A DNA stretch of 64,000 bases from Octopus sinensis (lineage: Eukaryota): contig NC_043001.1 in assembly GCF_006345805.1 (NCBI RefSeq), positions 48,298,001 to 48,362,000 of the forward strand, written 5' to 3'. The position numbers and the translations under genes are program-made. A model generated the notes under the pieces. The model worked only from the letters and a program-made list of their open reading frames with translations. It did no database searches and had not been told where the DNA came from. Shown in pieces: positions 12,191-27,855 of the stretch (position 1 is the first letter of the stretch; every line of letters starts with the position of its first letter).

Positions 12191-14314
12191 GAACAGTTAG
12201 TATACTCTTTATTATGCACCAGTTTTAATTAAATATTTCCTTTTATAAGGTAGTTATTATTCTTTAACTATTCTATATTTATCCGCCACCTCGTTCCATC
12301 CTCCATGCTTCTATTTTTCTCATGTCGTTGTAAAACCACTAGGCGTTGCACTATTTTACAGCATACAATTTATAGCTTTTAATATTGGCGAAGTTTATTG
12401 TTGAAATTACTACCATTACCCTCGCACACACTATACTTTTCTGTTTAACAGTAGGTCACATACCTTAAAAAATCCTTAATAAAAAGTTTTAGTGCAAATT
12501 ACATTTCATTCTGTTTATGTTACGTTTATTAATTTTATAATGTATTAATCGTTTGCTTCAGTGCTGTCGCTTTTATTTCTATCATCTTTATCCTATCACG
12601 CTCTTATATACATGACTTCAATCACTTCATCAATATTAAAACAGAGTTATGTCATATGTTACGCATTGTTCATTAGCTGAATAATAGTCTTTATAATATT
12701 TGTTAATTAAAATCAGTTTCTTTTTAACATGGAATTTCGGTTTCCATTTTTATTCTCCGTTTATCACTAAACAAAATACGTTAAAACATAATTAAACGTT
12801 TTAAATTTAGATTAAAATTTATAAGTCTGCTTCAGTGTATTAATTTCTCAACCCTTTAAATCTTTTATTGGTTCAATTTTATTAAATAGAGATTTAATTT
12901 GAATATGACTTTTAAACCATTTTCCTTAATTTTAATATCAATGGAAATTGACTTTAATATCATTCCGTATTTAAGAGTTTATGATTAATTTTTCATACAT
13001 TAAACTTTTTTCATTAATCTAGTTTCACTTGATTTTAAATTTTATAGCTATTCTCAATCTAATGGTTCATTATCCTCAATTGGATGATGATGACGATCAA
13101 GATGATAAGGAGGGGCAGCTGGAGAAGGGGAAGCTGGAGAAGGGGAAGCTGGAAAAGGGGAAGGTGAGGATCATGACGATGGCAATTATAATTACCACTA
13201 ACTTAAAAACAGCTCATTATTAGATTCTTCTTAATTGGGCCTTGTACCTAGAGTAGAGATTATTAGATACCTATTGATTTCCCTATATATTTATGTATTT
13301 CGATAACGATTTCTTCTTGATACCCTCTCTCTCCCCTCTTTCTCTCCCTCCCCCTCCCTTTCTCTCTCTTCTTGCCTTAAAAACTACTTTGACAAGCTTT
13401 ACTATGTATTTCCTTCAAACAATATTGTCCTTTCTCTCTCTCTTACGTCCTCTCTCCATCTCTCTCTTTTCCTTTTTCTTCTAAGATGGCAACAACTCTA
13501 TCCATCCCTTACACTACTACTCCTTTGTTCCCTTCCACATTCTTTAACTCCTCAAGTTATTCAAAGCTCACTGACCAACCAATTGAGAGCAATTCTTTAA
13601 TTGGCCTCAACACTTGCCCTATCCCAATCTTTCGCCTTCATCACATTACGCATGCGCGTCTTACTGCTAGTGTTTTATATTGATTTCAATCTTACTTAGT
13701 TGAAAGTACTAAGTTACCTTCTAGATTCATCTAATGTACTGCTCTTTGCATAAGTAAGTAGGGCTTCGCCGTCGCCCCAAAATTGCATTTGAATATTCCT
13801 TTCAGAATGTTCTGTATATTTGGGCCGACAGACGAATGACCTGTACATTACAGCTGCCTACAGTGTCAGATCTTTTTCACAAGTCCAGAGTATTTATCGG
13901 AGGTCTAAGTTTCCCTGGCATGTAGGAATATCTCTAGGTCAATCTTATCTATATAGTAATATCGTTTTGTTTTATTCCCATTAATATTAAGTGAATGTGT
14001 TATAAAAGTTAATTATATCCAGTACCTAAAATCTAAATTTAGATATATGATTGTCTAATGTTTTTAGCTTTTCGATAACTATGTAAATTTCACAATTTCT
14101 TAACTTTATAATTAATCTTCCTAGTAATCTTTCAACAAATTAGTCTGACTTGTTTTATCCGATTTAATTACTGAATACCTAAGGTCAATTTTGAAATCAA
14201 CGCTTGGTCCTTAACCGTGGTGTAAAACTCGTTTAGCAAGTTATTCTACCTTGTTAGCAAAGCGTATTTTTCAAGTCACGACTTTAACCTCGGTATTAAT
14301 ATCATTACAAGTCA

Positions 14315-14845
14315 TTACAAGGTTTGATCTATAATAAGAAAACTACAACAGATATCAATCCGGATTTTAATTTCCTTCAAACTTATCTCACACACTTTAT
14401 CCAACATCGTTTCCATTGATGGCAGTATTTCTGGAACTCTTTTGGGAGGACAGCGAGCAGTTGCCTCCTCGAAGTCTCTTAGATTTCTTCGATGTCTTGA
14501 AATCTTCTTCCTTTCCATTGGGATATGATTTTTGCCTTGGTTTCGGGGTCGTAGCCATAGTCTCACGATTCCTCACCAGATATGAGCGTTTTCAAATTTT
14601 CTTCTTTCTCGACACAATCAAGGAGATCCTGCGCAGGTAAAACCCGTTGTTATTTTTGAGACAAATACAACCGACACACTTTAATTCCAAGCACAACTGT
14701 AAACAACGGAAATGAGCGAAAACAGAATTCTGTTTGCATGTGCAACAGAGTTCAAGATCAAATTATGCCAAACAGCTTCACTCTTCGTACTTTAACTCTG
14801 TTTCATTAGCAACAGACCCCATACATTTTGATCAGATCATTACCT
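14315..14845 (-). mobile_element. Internally deleted, decayed mariner relic
   Basis: Minus strand QDLLDCVEKEENLKTLISGEES*DYGYDPETK is fused to KGRRFQDIEEI...FQKYCHQWKRCWIKCV. Weak TIR remnants at both ends. Confidence 0.75.
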
Positions 14846-14876
14846 AACAGTTTTAATAATATTATTATTTAATCTA

Positions 14877-15112
14877 AGGCTGCGAGCTGGCAAAAACGTT
14901 AGCACGCCGGGCGAAATGCCTAGCGGTATTTCGTCTGCCACTACGTTCTGAGTTCAAATTGCGCTGAGATCGACTTTGCCTTTCATCTTTCGGGGTCGAT
15001 TAAATAAGTACCAGTTACGCACTGGGGTCGATATAATCAACTTAATCCGTTTGTCTGTCCTTGTTTGTCCTCTTTGTGTTTAGCCCCTTGTGGGTAGTAA
15101 AGAAATAGGTAT
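14877..15112 (+). mobile_element. tRNA-derived SINE, family B
   Basis: GGCTGCGAGCTGGCAAAAACGTTAGCACGCCGGGCGAAATGC head, B box GAGTTCAAATT, body GACTTTGCCTTTCATC..GGGGTCGAT..AAGTACCAGTTACGCACTGGGGTCGAT. Many related copies in the window. Confidence 0.88.
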
Positions 15113-16052
15113 TATTATTTAAGCTTTTTTAATATTTTGTGAGACCTATACGGATAACTAGATTTATCTGTTAAACATAAGAATTTAGATAATTTTTAAT
15201 TTTCATGATATCGATTACCAGTAGGTCGGAAAAGGATTATTAAATTTACTAGCAAGAAAGCGTTGTGCATTAGAGGTTTCACCTCCTTTATTCTGCAAAT
15301 CGTCACACAAACTTTCGGTTTTAAAAAAATGTACCATTATGCTTATCTGCATATTATATCGAGGCTTATCGACGATCCATAAGCTCAAGAGCCATTCCGC
15401 TTTAAGCGTCCTATTACTTTGGATTAATGAAAAAATTAAATCCGAGCAGTCAGCAGAGTAGTTTATTGAGCACTCTGTTTAATTTCCTGTCTATTTTCAC
15501 ATATTTCTCCACCGTAACCGAAATAAAATTTAATGATTTGATATTGTAACTCATTTTTTCTCATGCTCCAAGCGTTTTTAAAACATCAATTTTAATATTC
15601 AATTTAAGGCTTTTACGGTTCCTTTTCACCCCAACTTGAGTTTCACATATTGGTTTCTTTCGAAACAAATATGAAGTAAATCTAGTAACACCAAGAACGA
15701 ACTGTTACGTGAGGAGAAAGAAACTGTGGTAATCCTATGAATCTAAAAAGACTACGAAAGGGTGAGAGACTGAAGCGGGGGTATATATTGTATGATTACA
15801 GACTGTAGAAGAGTTACTATCTAAAACACTGAACGTTTTGGTTAAGAAGAACGAGTAGAATCTAAATTAGTAAATTTATCCGAGTTTTCATAAAAGCGAA
15901 ATTACAAACTGAAATCCCCAAATTAGTATTCATACTTTACAATTTACATACGCGAGGAATCTTCCTAAAGTGAAGTGTCCATAAAGCAGTGAAGTTCTGC
16001 AGGTGTATATGTGGATATAAATATATAAATAGGTACACAGATAGGTAGATAA

Positions 16053-16130
<78 letters not shown>

Positions 16131-16168
16131 TGATTGATTGATCGATTGATTGAGAAAGAGAAAGATAG

Positions 16169-16230
16169 AAAAGTCAACATTTAAATGTAATACATGTGTG
16201 TGTATGTATTACATTTAAATGTTGACTTTT
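16169..16230. repeat. Perfect 27-bp inverted repeat around a GTGTGTGT loop
   Basis: AAAAGTCAACATTTAAATGTAATACAT (16169-16195) and its exact reverse complement (16204-16230). Confidence 0.95.
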
Positions 16231-16790
16231 GTCGATGAACGAGGAGGTGGACTCAAAAGATATAGAATGTATGGATTATTTCGTTTAAATAAGCCATATA
16301 TCTATAAATATTTCCATTTCTCTCTCTCTCTCTTTAATATGCACATGCACACATACTGAATTAAGCGAAGAGGGGGGATGAGAGAGGAGAGGAAGAAGGG
16401 AGCAGGTAGGGGGAGGGGGCGAGGAGGAGGAGTAGGAGGAGGTAGGCGGACAAATAAACTCTCAAATAAAGGAGATATAAAGAGCTAGTGCAAGACACGA
16501 GATAGCAGAGAATGGCGACATGGAATGAATGACAGAAAGTGAAAGAGTAAAATACAAAAAAATAAAGCAGGTGAATGAAATATATAGGTATGTGTGGGTT
16601 GGTATACGCAAGCATGTGTGTGCGTGCGCGCGTGTGTGTGTATGTTTGTGTATGTTTTTAAAATGCGAAAATGAGAAACGAAACCTACGCTGTGTGGGCA
16701 TATGTGTCTCTGTGATCGCGCGTGTATATGTATGTATGTATGTATGTATGCATGTATGTATGCATGTATGTATGTATGCATGTATGTATG

Positions 16791-16824
<34 letters not shown>

Positions 16825-17904
16825 TGTATGTATGTATGTGCGTGAGTGTGTTTTACGCGTACTGTAAGAAGAAGGATTATTTTCGTAATATATTATTGTG
16901 AGAGAAAATCTGCTTAGTGTTGAAATTCGCCACAGATAAAACAGTGGGGTGTTTCATAGGAATACACAAACGGAAAATATATTATGGGAGATAAAGATAT
17001 GAGCAGGTGTATGCAATAATAGATAGTTTAGCGGATTGCCAGTCAATGGTCGAAAGATCGACAATTCATTTGCTCCTCTATGGGTAGCGTTTTTTTTTCA
17101 TCCCTGGATTCACTGCTAAGTCAGTAAGATACATTAACATTTGTTGTAAGCATACACTGAATTATAGTTCTTTGTTCTTGTCCTTGATTAGTTCCAGGTA
17201 TTCTTTACTTGAGGGAACCAAATATCAAAATTATTTCCAACCTCAATACCCTATCTTTTTCCTTGGGTACAGAACACTACATTATCTAGTGTGGTACGCA
17301 GGTAAGGTATGAGAAAGATCTAGCTGCTATGTGGGTGAGGAACCGCGTAGAGGTTTCTCCGTTGGCTCGCTGATTTAAGGAGCAGCGGTCTTCACCTTCT
17401 AGAGTTTGACTAGTCGTCCGTTAGATTGTTGTGCCGCGTCCAAATTTTGAGACTTAGAGAGCAATGAGCGGAATTCTGGCGGAGTCGTTAGAACACCAAG
17501 AGTAATATCATGTGTTATTCTTTCTGACACCTTACATTCTGATTTCAAATCTCAGCAAGACCAAACTTACCTTTTATCATTCAGATGTCAGGGAAATTAA
17601 AAGCAGTGAGCTGCCGTTATCATTTGAACGTTGGTGGAGAAGCATTACAGTATTTGTTCAGCCTCTTTGAATTCCGAGTTCAAATATCGCCTTGGCCAAT
17701 TTGAATGGTAGACTAACCATCCACCTAGTTTAAGAACAAGACTTGACTATTGTGCTCCTTTAACAGAGGAATCCATTCTGCTTCAAGCTTTGGGCCTGAT
17801 TTCTACGATGAGAGATCACAGTCCTGGGTTATATCTAGGGTTGTGTCTTCAATAAATATTTATTCAGAACGGTATATATATATACCTACATCTACTTAGC
17901 TACC

Positions 17905-17987
<83 letters not shown>

Positions 17988-17998
17988 CATATATATAT

Positions 17999-18355
17999 GC
18001 TGTGGGTGTGTGGTAAGAAGGTTGCTTCCCAACCACATGGTTCTGGATTTAGCCCATCAGCATAACACCTTGGGCAAGTTTCTTCTACTATAGCCTCGGG
18101 CCTACGAAAGGCTTGTTAGTAGATTTGGTGGATGGAAACTGAAAGACGCCCTCGTGTGTGTGTGTGTGTGTGTGTTTGTGTCTGTGTTTTCCCCCATCAT
18201 TGATCGACAAACGTAGCTTAGTAGTTTGGCTATAAGAGACCGGTAGAATAAGTACTAGGACTTCGGAAATAAACCCTGAGGTCAAATTGTTCGACAAAAG
18301 CACTTCAAGGCGATGCTCCAGCATGGCCGCAGTCAAATCACTCAAAGAATAGAAG
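17999..18355 (+). mobile_element. SINE family A, near full length, with internal (TG)n linker
   Basis: Head GTGTGTGGTAAGAAG..CCCAACCACATGGTT, core CACCTTGGGCAAG..TACTATAGCCTCGGGCC, tail GCTCCAGCATGGCCGCAGTCAAAT. Confidence 0.88.
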
Positions 18356-18371
18356 AATATATATATATATA

Positions 18372-18404
<33 letters not shown>

Positions 18405-18433
18405 GCATATTATGTACGTAGTTACATATATAC

Positions 18434-18486
<53 letters not shown>

Positions 18487-19269
18487 GCATATGTGGGCAC
18501 AGGATGTCACGAAACGTGTACAACAAATAATACGAAGTATGAGTACATGGAATATGAACTATTTTTTAGAACAAAGAAAGACACAAATGGAAAACAAGAC
18601 AGACATCATAAAGAACGACCCTTCATAAGTTGTTGGCTGTTTTTCTACTCTCGCATTTCGAGTATTTCACAATAAGTTACGAGATATACTTTGGATAAAA
18701 CAGTTGTTCCCGCGAAGTTAATTAAATAAAATTTGGGATTTTGCTGAGGGTCAAGATTGGTGAAAACAAACAGGAAGGGCTGCTAAGCCTAAACGAGGTT
18801 GTGATAGCGAATGCATTAATCAAGCTTGGAAAGGAGACAGACAAGAACACGTCTTCCTTGATCCAGCTACAACGGAGAGAAACAAAGAAAGACAAGTTAG
18901 GAGAAGAAAGAAAGATGACCGGTGGTCATGTCGGAGCCACGTGAGCAAGGGAGGTAGAGTGAGGGAGAGAGAGTGACAGACAGAGAACTGTGAAAGGGAG
19001 AGGAACAAATTGGAGATAGGATAAGTGAGAAAAAACAGGAAGGGAAAAGGGAAGTAGAGGAATAACAGAAAGGAAGAGAGAAAAAACGAAAGAGTAAAGA
19101 TAGAATAGAGTGCGCATCCGAATTATTAAGATAAAACTTACTTGGAAGAGGATGCGTGGCGTTCAATCATATAATAATATAAATAATATACATGCATATA
19201 CGTATATGTAGATACTTACATCTATACTTATATATATAGGCATATGTGGACACAGGACGTCACGACATA

Positions 19270-20538
19270 CGAGGGGTGTTCAATAAGTAATGCCCCTGAC
19301 CCACTTCCCATAGCAGTAGAGCAATGAAACTTTTCACAGTCATTAGTCTGTTTCTACATAGGAACCACCCAGAGTTACGCATTTCTCCCATCGTTTAATA
19401 CAGCTCTGGAGACCGTTTTTATAGAAGACCCCCAGCTTGGTCCTCCAACCACGACGTGACTTCAGAAATCAAGGCTGCATCATCTGGGAAACGCTTTCCT
19501 TTCAAAAACAACTTCATGGCTGGGAAGAGGTGAAAATCAGAGGGTGCTAGGTCAGGAGAGTAGGGGGGATGGGGAGGAGTTCATAGCCGCACGCCTGTGC
19601 TTTTGATCTGGCGACAAGCGAGTTGTGGACCGGAGCGTTGTCCTGCAGGAGGAGGATGCCTTTGCTGATCTTGCCCCACCTCTTGATTTTGATAGCTTCT
19701 CTTAATTTCCTCAAAAGTGAAGCATAATAGGCTCCTGTAATTGTAGTACCCTTTGCCAGGAAATCTGTCATCACTACTCCGTCCTGGTCCCAGAAGACTG
19801 TGAGCATGATCTTACCAGCGGAGGGCTGCACCCTTGCCTTCTTTGGAGGGGGTGAGTCACGGTGCTTCCACTGCATTGACTGGACTTTGGTCTCTGGATC
19901 ATCGTGATGGACACAGGTTTCATTCTGTGTAATCAGTCTTTTGAAAGATTTTGACTCATCTTCTTGACACGTCTCCAAATTCATCCTCGAGCACTCGACG
20001 CGTTCTTGCTTCTGGAAAGGTGTGAGCAACCTGGGAATCCATCTGGCAGATACCTTTTGCATATGCAAATGGTCATGGATGATAGTTTCCACAGACCCGG
20101 TACTAATGTTGACCTCATGGGCTATTTGGCGAATAGTTATGCGTCGATCTTCCAAAATGACAGCCTCAACTTGACGGACAGATGCCTCATCAATGGCAGA
20201 AGGGGGGCGACCAGATCTGGGAGCTATTTCCACAGAGTTCCGACCATGTTTGAATTCACGATGCCAGCGTTTAACAAGGTCATATGATGGGGCATCATCA
20301 CCATAAGTTACTTTCATTTCATCAAAAGTCTCCCGTGGTGTGCGTCCTTTCAAATACAAAAACCGGATCATTTCACACCTGACTCAGTTAAAACACCTGT
20401 AAATCAGAAACCACAATTAGTTCAGAGCTGTAATTTGCCACTTCATCTATAGGGATATAAATAATTGCACATGCAAAATTTCAGCTAGATCAAACAACTG
20501 CAAGTGGGTCAGGTGCATTACTTATTGAACGTCCCTCG
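19270..20538 (-). mobile_element. Near-intact mariner (irritans/Hsmar2-like TIR), 1269 bp
   Basis: 37-bp TIRs CGAGGG(GT/AC)GTTCAATAAGTAATGC(C/A)CCTGACCCACTT with 3 mismatches; TA TSD at 19268-69 and 20539-40. Confidence 0.96.
19343..20371 (-). pseudogene. Mariner transposase pseudogene
   Basis: 274-aa ORF with WIPRLLT, ITQNETCVHH (first catalytic D appears changed to N) and LLLQDNAPVH. One 1-nt frameshift in the C-run near 19565-19575 restores HPPYSPDLAPSDFHLFP...RWEKCVTLGGSYVETD*. Confidence 0.93.
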
Positions 20539-20562
20539 TACATACATACATTTATATATGTA

Positions 20563-20614
<52 letters not shown>

Positions 20615-21129
20615 AATGTTTGTTTAGTACGCTAAGCGTACTTCTATATGTACTTTCTCTAGTGAGTAACATTTAACTACTTGAAGAAGGGAGAAAGGAA
20701 GCAAAAGAAAGTGAACGACCGTAGGATGATAGAAAATATCATATGCACACGAATACAAACACACGCACACTAACACGATATATATACGTAAATATATACA
20801 TGTCATTACGTCACAAGTGATTATGTCGTAACAATAGAATTTGAAGTTTTTTTCCGCTTCACTTTTGGTGTCTTCAATATTTATGTTGCAAAAAAAAGAA
20901 TTTTTATGTAAAACATGCACGCCAACACACACCAAATCATACAAATACACCAACGCACACACTGACACGCAAGCGCACACAAACACATTTATTCATATTC
21001 AGACATTTAGGCATATATTCACAGATAAATGCACATAAGCACACACAAGTAGAAGTTTGAAATATCGACATTAAACGGTACATACCATTTGAATTTGTTT
21101 AATTTGTTCCACTTTGTATGATTTACTGT

Positions 21130-21450
21130 GAAGGCGCGTGTCTTAGTGGTTAGGGTAATAGGATTACGATCGTAAGGTCGTGACTTTGATTCTCGGTAGC
21201 ATGTTGAGTCCTTGAACAAGAATTTTATTTCAAGTTGCTCCAGTCCACTCAGCTGGCAAAAACGAGTTTTACCTGTAATTCAAAGGGTCGGCCTTGTCCC
21301 ATTCTGTGTCTCTCTGAATCTCCCCGTTAACTACGTTAAGGGCACACGTGTCAGTGGAGTTCTCAGCCACTTGCACGTTAATTTCACGAGCAAGCTGTTC
21401 CGTGTATCAGATCAACTGGAACCCTTGTCGTCGCAACCGACGAAGTACCA
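21130..21450 (+). mobile_element. SINE family C
   Basis: Head GAAGGCGCGTGTCTTAGTGGTTAGGG, body CCAGTCCACTCAGCTGGCAAAA..CACGTGTCAGTGGAGT.CTCAGCCACTTGCACGTTAATTTCACGAGC. Confidence 0.85.
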
Positions 21451-21716
21451 ATTGCCATATGGTTTACTTTCAAAATTATTCAATATTTGCTCTAAATTAT
21501 TCGGCATAACCTCGAATCGTTCCGTTTAGTTTTTATGCTCGAAACGTGATTGTGCGTCTTCTAATGCTCAATGGTCATAAATTCTGATTATCAAATTAAT
21601 TTTCCCCTTTTTCTCAATGGTAATGCTAATCAATAGAAATTATACGTGACGAGTGAACAATATATATTTCAAACGCTATATGTATTTCAATATACACTTA
21701 TTCGACTTCATCTGTA

Positions 21717-21999
21717 ACTCCGTCGCTTACGACAACGAGGATTACAGTTGATCCGATTAACGAAACAGTCGGCTCGTGAAATTAACGTGCCAGTGGCTGA
21801 GTACTCCACAGACATGCGTACATTTCACGTAGTCTTCAGGGAAATTCAGCGTGACTAGGCTGGCTCTTTGAAATACATGTACTACTCGCTTTTGCCAGCT
21901 TAGTGGGCTGGTGCAACATGAAATAAAGTGTCTGGAGAAACGAACTCCCGACCTTAAGATCATGAGTCGAACACCCTAACCGCTAAACCACGCGCCTTC
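21717..21999 (-). mobile_element. SINE family C
   Basis: Reverse-complement homolog of 21130-21450. Confidence 0.85.
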
Positions 22000-22999
22000 A
22001 CACACACACAGACTCACTCAGACATTTACATATGTATGTATGAATCTATGTATGTATTTGTGTGTATGTGTTATATACATATGAATGTATGTATGTATGT
22101 TTGTATTTATGTATGTATTTGTGTGTATGTGTGATATACATACTATATACATACAAACCTCAAATCCTGGTGTAAGAGATGAAAATTATTTGAACTTTCC
22201 ACATGACTTTCGTGTGACTACTGCCGTTTCGTAAAATTGTTCAATTAGTATTATTTTCAGTACGCAAAAATTTGAAGCACAGCTTTGCATTAATGTGTAT
22301 GCTCATCAGTATAGAATACACTTGTATATTCACAAATGAATGCAAATAAACAAAGCTAACACATCAGATCACCAGAAGATAACGGTTGTATCTGTGGTAA
22401 GGAACAGTTTTCTATTTTTCAAACACAAACTGCATTTTAGATTTAGAAATAACAAGGAAGCAAAGTTAAAAAATACTAACATCATTAGCTTACATGTTTA
22501 CTACAAATATGTAACATCAGTAAAAATCGATAAATACTAAACATTAAAAATTTTAAAATATATACTCGTGAAAAGGTTACATATGGATTAATGCAAGGCA
22601 AGATATTTCAAATATATAAGAAAACATCAACACCTTGGAAAAAGTAAAAGAAATGAAACATGGCCAAACAACAGCTAAGTTTGAATAAAGGCATTATTAA
22701 TTATGTCTCTTTCCAAACTTATCAATATATTATATTATAGTGGGTTCGTTGTGTTCACCATGAACCCGTCCACTCAGCTGGAAATGAGTTGCACTGCAAC
22801 GTATTGACATACCATTCACGGAGGGTGTTGTGATCTCGGTCAATTATACAACATTGAAACAGAGGAACCGGCTCCGTGAGTCTTAGAACTTTAAACAGTA
22901 TTATTCGAGGAGGGTGTTTTATGTATGTGTGTGTGTGCGCGCGCATGTGTATATGTCCGTGTGTGTGTATATATATTTATATATGTGTGTGCGTGTATG

Positions 23000-24288
<1,289 letters not shown>

Positions 24289-25217
24289 TATATATAGTAA
24301 TGTCTTTTGGATGTTAAACGCTGTTACGTACATTTACGTGTCCAAGTTTTCCGGCAGATAATAATCTGGAGATTGTTTGTTATATCAAACACATGCCTGA
24401 AAATTCACAAATATTTTCCGAGTTTTATAACCAAGGAAAATGGAGAGAACAAAGTTCTGTTATTGCATTGATTTGTAACTGTTTCATCGAAAATCAATCT
24501 CATGAGCGTTATTATAATATCATGCAATACTATATGCAATTTTCCGAATCATGATGCATAAACGTTATTTGCTCTGGAAGCTTGAGGTAACAATAATTTA
24601 TACTTATATCGAGATGTGCATGTTTAAATGGTTGCATATAGATATTGCAAGCCAAACAAATCAAACTTTGCTTTGAAGTGACCGGTTAAAAACAAGGACT
24701 TATTCTTAATACGTACAGGCAGCTTCGAACGCAAAATTTACTGGTCTGGGTGATTCTGGCTGACGTGATCAACTTGTAAATACACCAGTCTCCTAGAATC
24801 CAGTGCGCTAATAAGCCGAGTGTTTTATGAACATATTGTTGTCGTGAAAGAAGTTATTCTCTTATAACGTGCACTACAGCGTACGTATCCGGTGTTCGAG
24901 CCTGCCTGGACGAATTAAGAATAAACATGCAAAATATCTGTAGAACACTTTAAAAATGTAATAGGATTTCCAATATAAACTGTATTTCAAGTTATCGTTT
25001 CAAAATTGGTTGTCATATCAATAATGGAAATACATATTTCGTGTGTAATATGAAGTCATTTTTCCAGCGATGATATAGTGAACTTAGGGACAATAACTCT
25101 CAAAGATATCTACTGGATACATAAGTTTAATCTATCATATAAGAGTATATATTTCTTCTGGAAAAACCTTAGTATTTTTAATAATCTCACGAGTAATATT
25201 GTGTGATTGTGATTGTG

Positions 25218-25722
25218 ACCTCCTTCGGTCATGAATGACCATGGAATTACACCTAGAAAGTTACCCTCCGAGGTACAAGTCTGAGCAAGGTTGTTTATAG
25301 AAGACCAGCAGCCGCCTACGCATACCAGCCTCCCCTCTCACGCCACCGATGTTATCCAAGGGAAAGGCAAAGGCCGAAACAGCTTGGCACCAGTGACGTC
25401 GCAGCTCATTTATTAACGTGCAAGTGGCTGAGCACTCCACAGACACGTGTACCCTTAACGTAGTTCTCGAGGAGATTCAGCGTGACACAGAGTGGGACAA
25501 AGATGGCTCTTTGAAATACAGGTACAACAGAAACAGGAAGAAAGAGTGGGAGAAAGTTGTGGTGAAAGAGTACAGCAGGGTTCACCACCACCCCCTGCCG
25601 GAGCCTCGTGGAGCTGTAGGTGTTTTCGCTCAATAAACACTCACAATGCCCGGTCTGGGAATCGAAATCGCGATCCTAAAACCGCAAGTCCGCTGCCCTA
25701 GCAACTGGGCCATTGCGCCTCC
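25218..25722 (-). mobile_element. Composite SINE: family C head/body (25412-25722) joined to family D tail (25218-25411)
   Basis: The C part matches 21130-21450 and 6111-6329; the tail matches the 3' part of 35049-35336. Confidence 0.8.
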
Positions 25723-25989
25723 ACCACGAGTAATATACCGATTACATAACAAACCAGTAATCCAAAAAGTAATGTGAGTATGTGCATAAATAAGAGTGTA
25801 TGTGTGTAAATGTGTGTGTGTGTGTGTGTAATTATATAAATATATATGTATATGTGTGTGAGAATGTGTGCATACGTATGTATACATAAATACGTACAAC
25901 ACATATGCAGCATGTATGTATGATATCTCTGCCAAAATTGTTCACCTTATAGTCTAGACATGTTCAATGCACTTGCCCCTTACTGGCGC

Positions 25990-27340
<1,351 letters not shown>

Positions 27341-27396
27341 TCGGCTTTAGAATTTCCAATTCTTAAATGCTTTTTGTGTTTACTTTTATATATATA

Positions 27397-27421
27397 CAGA
27401 GTGTCCAAATATATATAATAT

Positions 27422-27474
<53 letters not shown>

Positions 27475-27855
27475 TATTTAACAACCGATCACTCAATTTT
27501 CGTTTCTTTTCAGATTTAAATCATTAGAAAACTGTCTCAGACTAAGTTTTGAACAAACGAAATTTGTTTCTAAAGTGTTACTGGAAGCTTGAAAACGTAG
27601 CCGGTACAAAAACAGATCAGAAGAGAGTTTAAAACAGATCCACCAATGCGACTTATCATCGCTTGAATTAGAGATAATTTCGAATCAGATGGAATTGTGT
27701 TGACGGTCCACATGAAATATTCTGGAAGACCTTGGACGTCGAAGAAACACATAAAGCAAGAGAGGATACTAGAAATTGCAAGAGTTCAAGAAAACTTGTG
27801 TGGCTAAAGAGTACTGAGATAGGAACTTCAAAATCAAGCGTCCATCAACTTTGGA
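27397..27855 (+). mobile_element. 5' part of a Tc1/mariner-superfamily element (DUF4817-like HTH N-terminus)
   Basis: TA-CAGAGTGTCC TIR-like start. Translation gives LSFEQ..KCYWKLEN...PPMRL..IRDNFESDGIV...SGRP...EIGTSKSSVH. Confidence 0.7.

Noticed and set aside
14416-14645. Plus-strand ORF ending at a GCAG|GTAAAA donor-like site
   Set aside because: It is the antisense of a mariner transposase relic.
17259-17292. 29-nt AG...GTAAGG micro-exon candidate
   Set aside because: Too short to support, and it lies next to repeat-like sequence.
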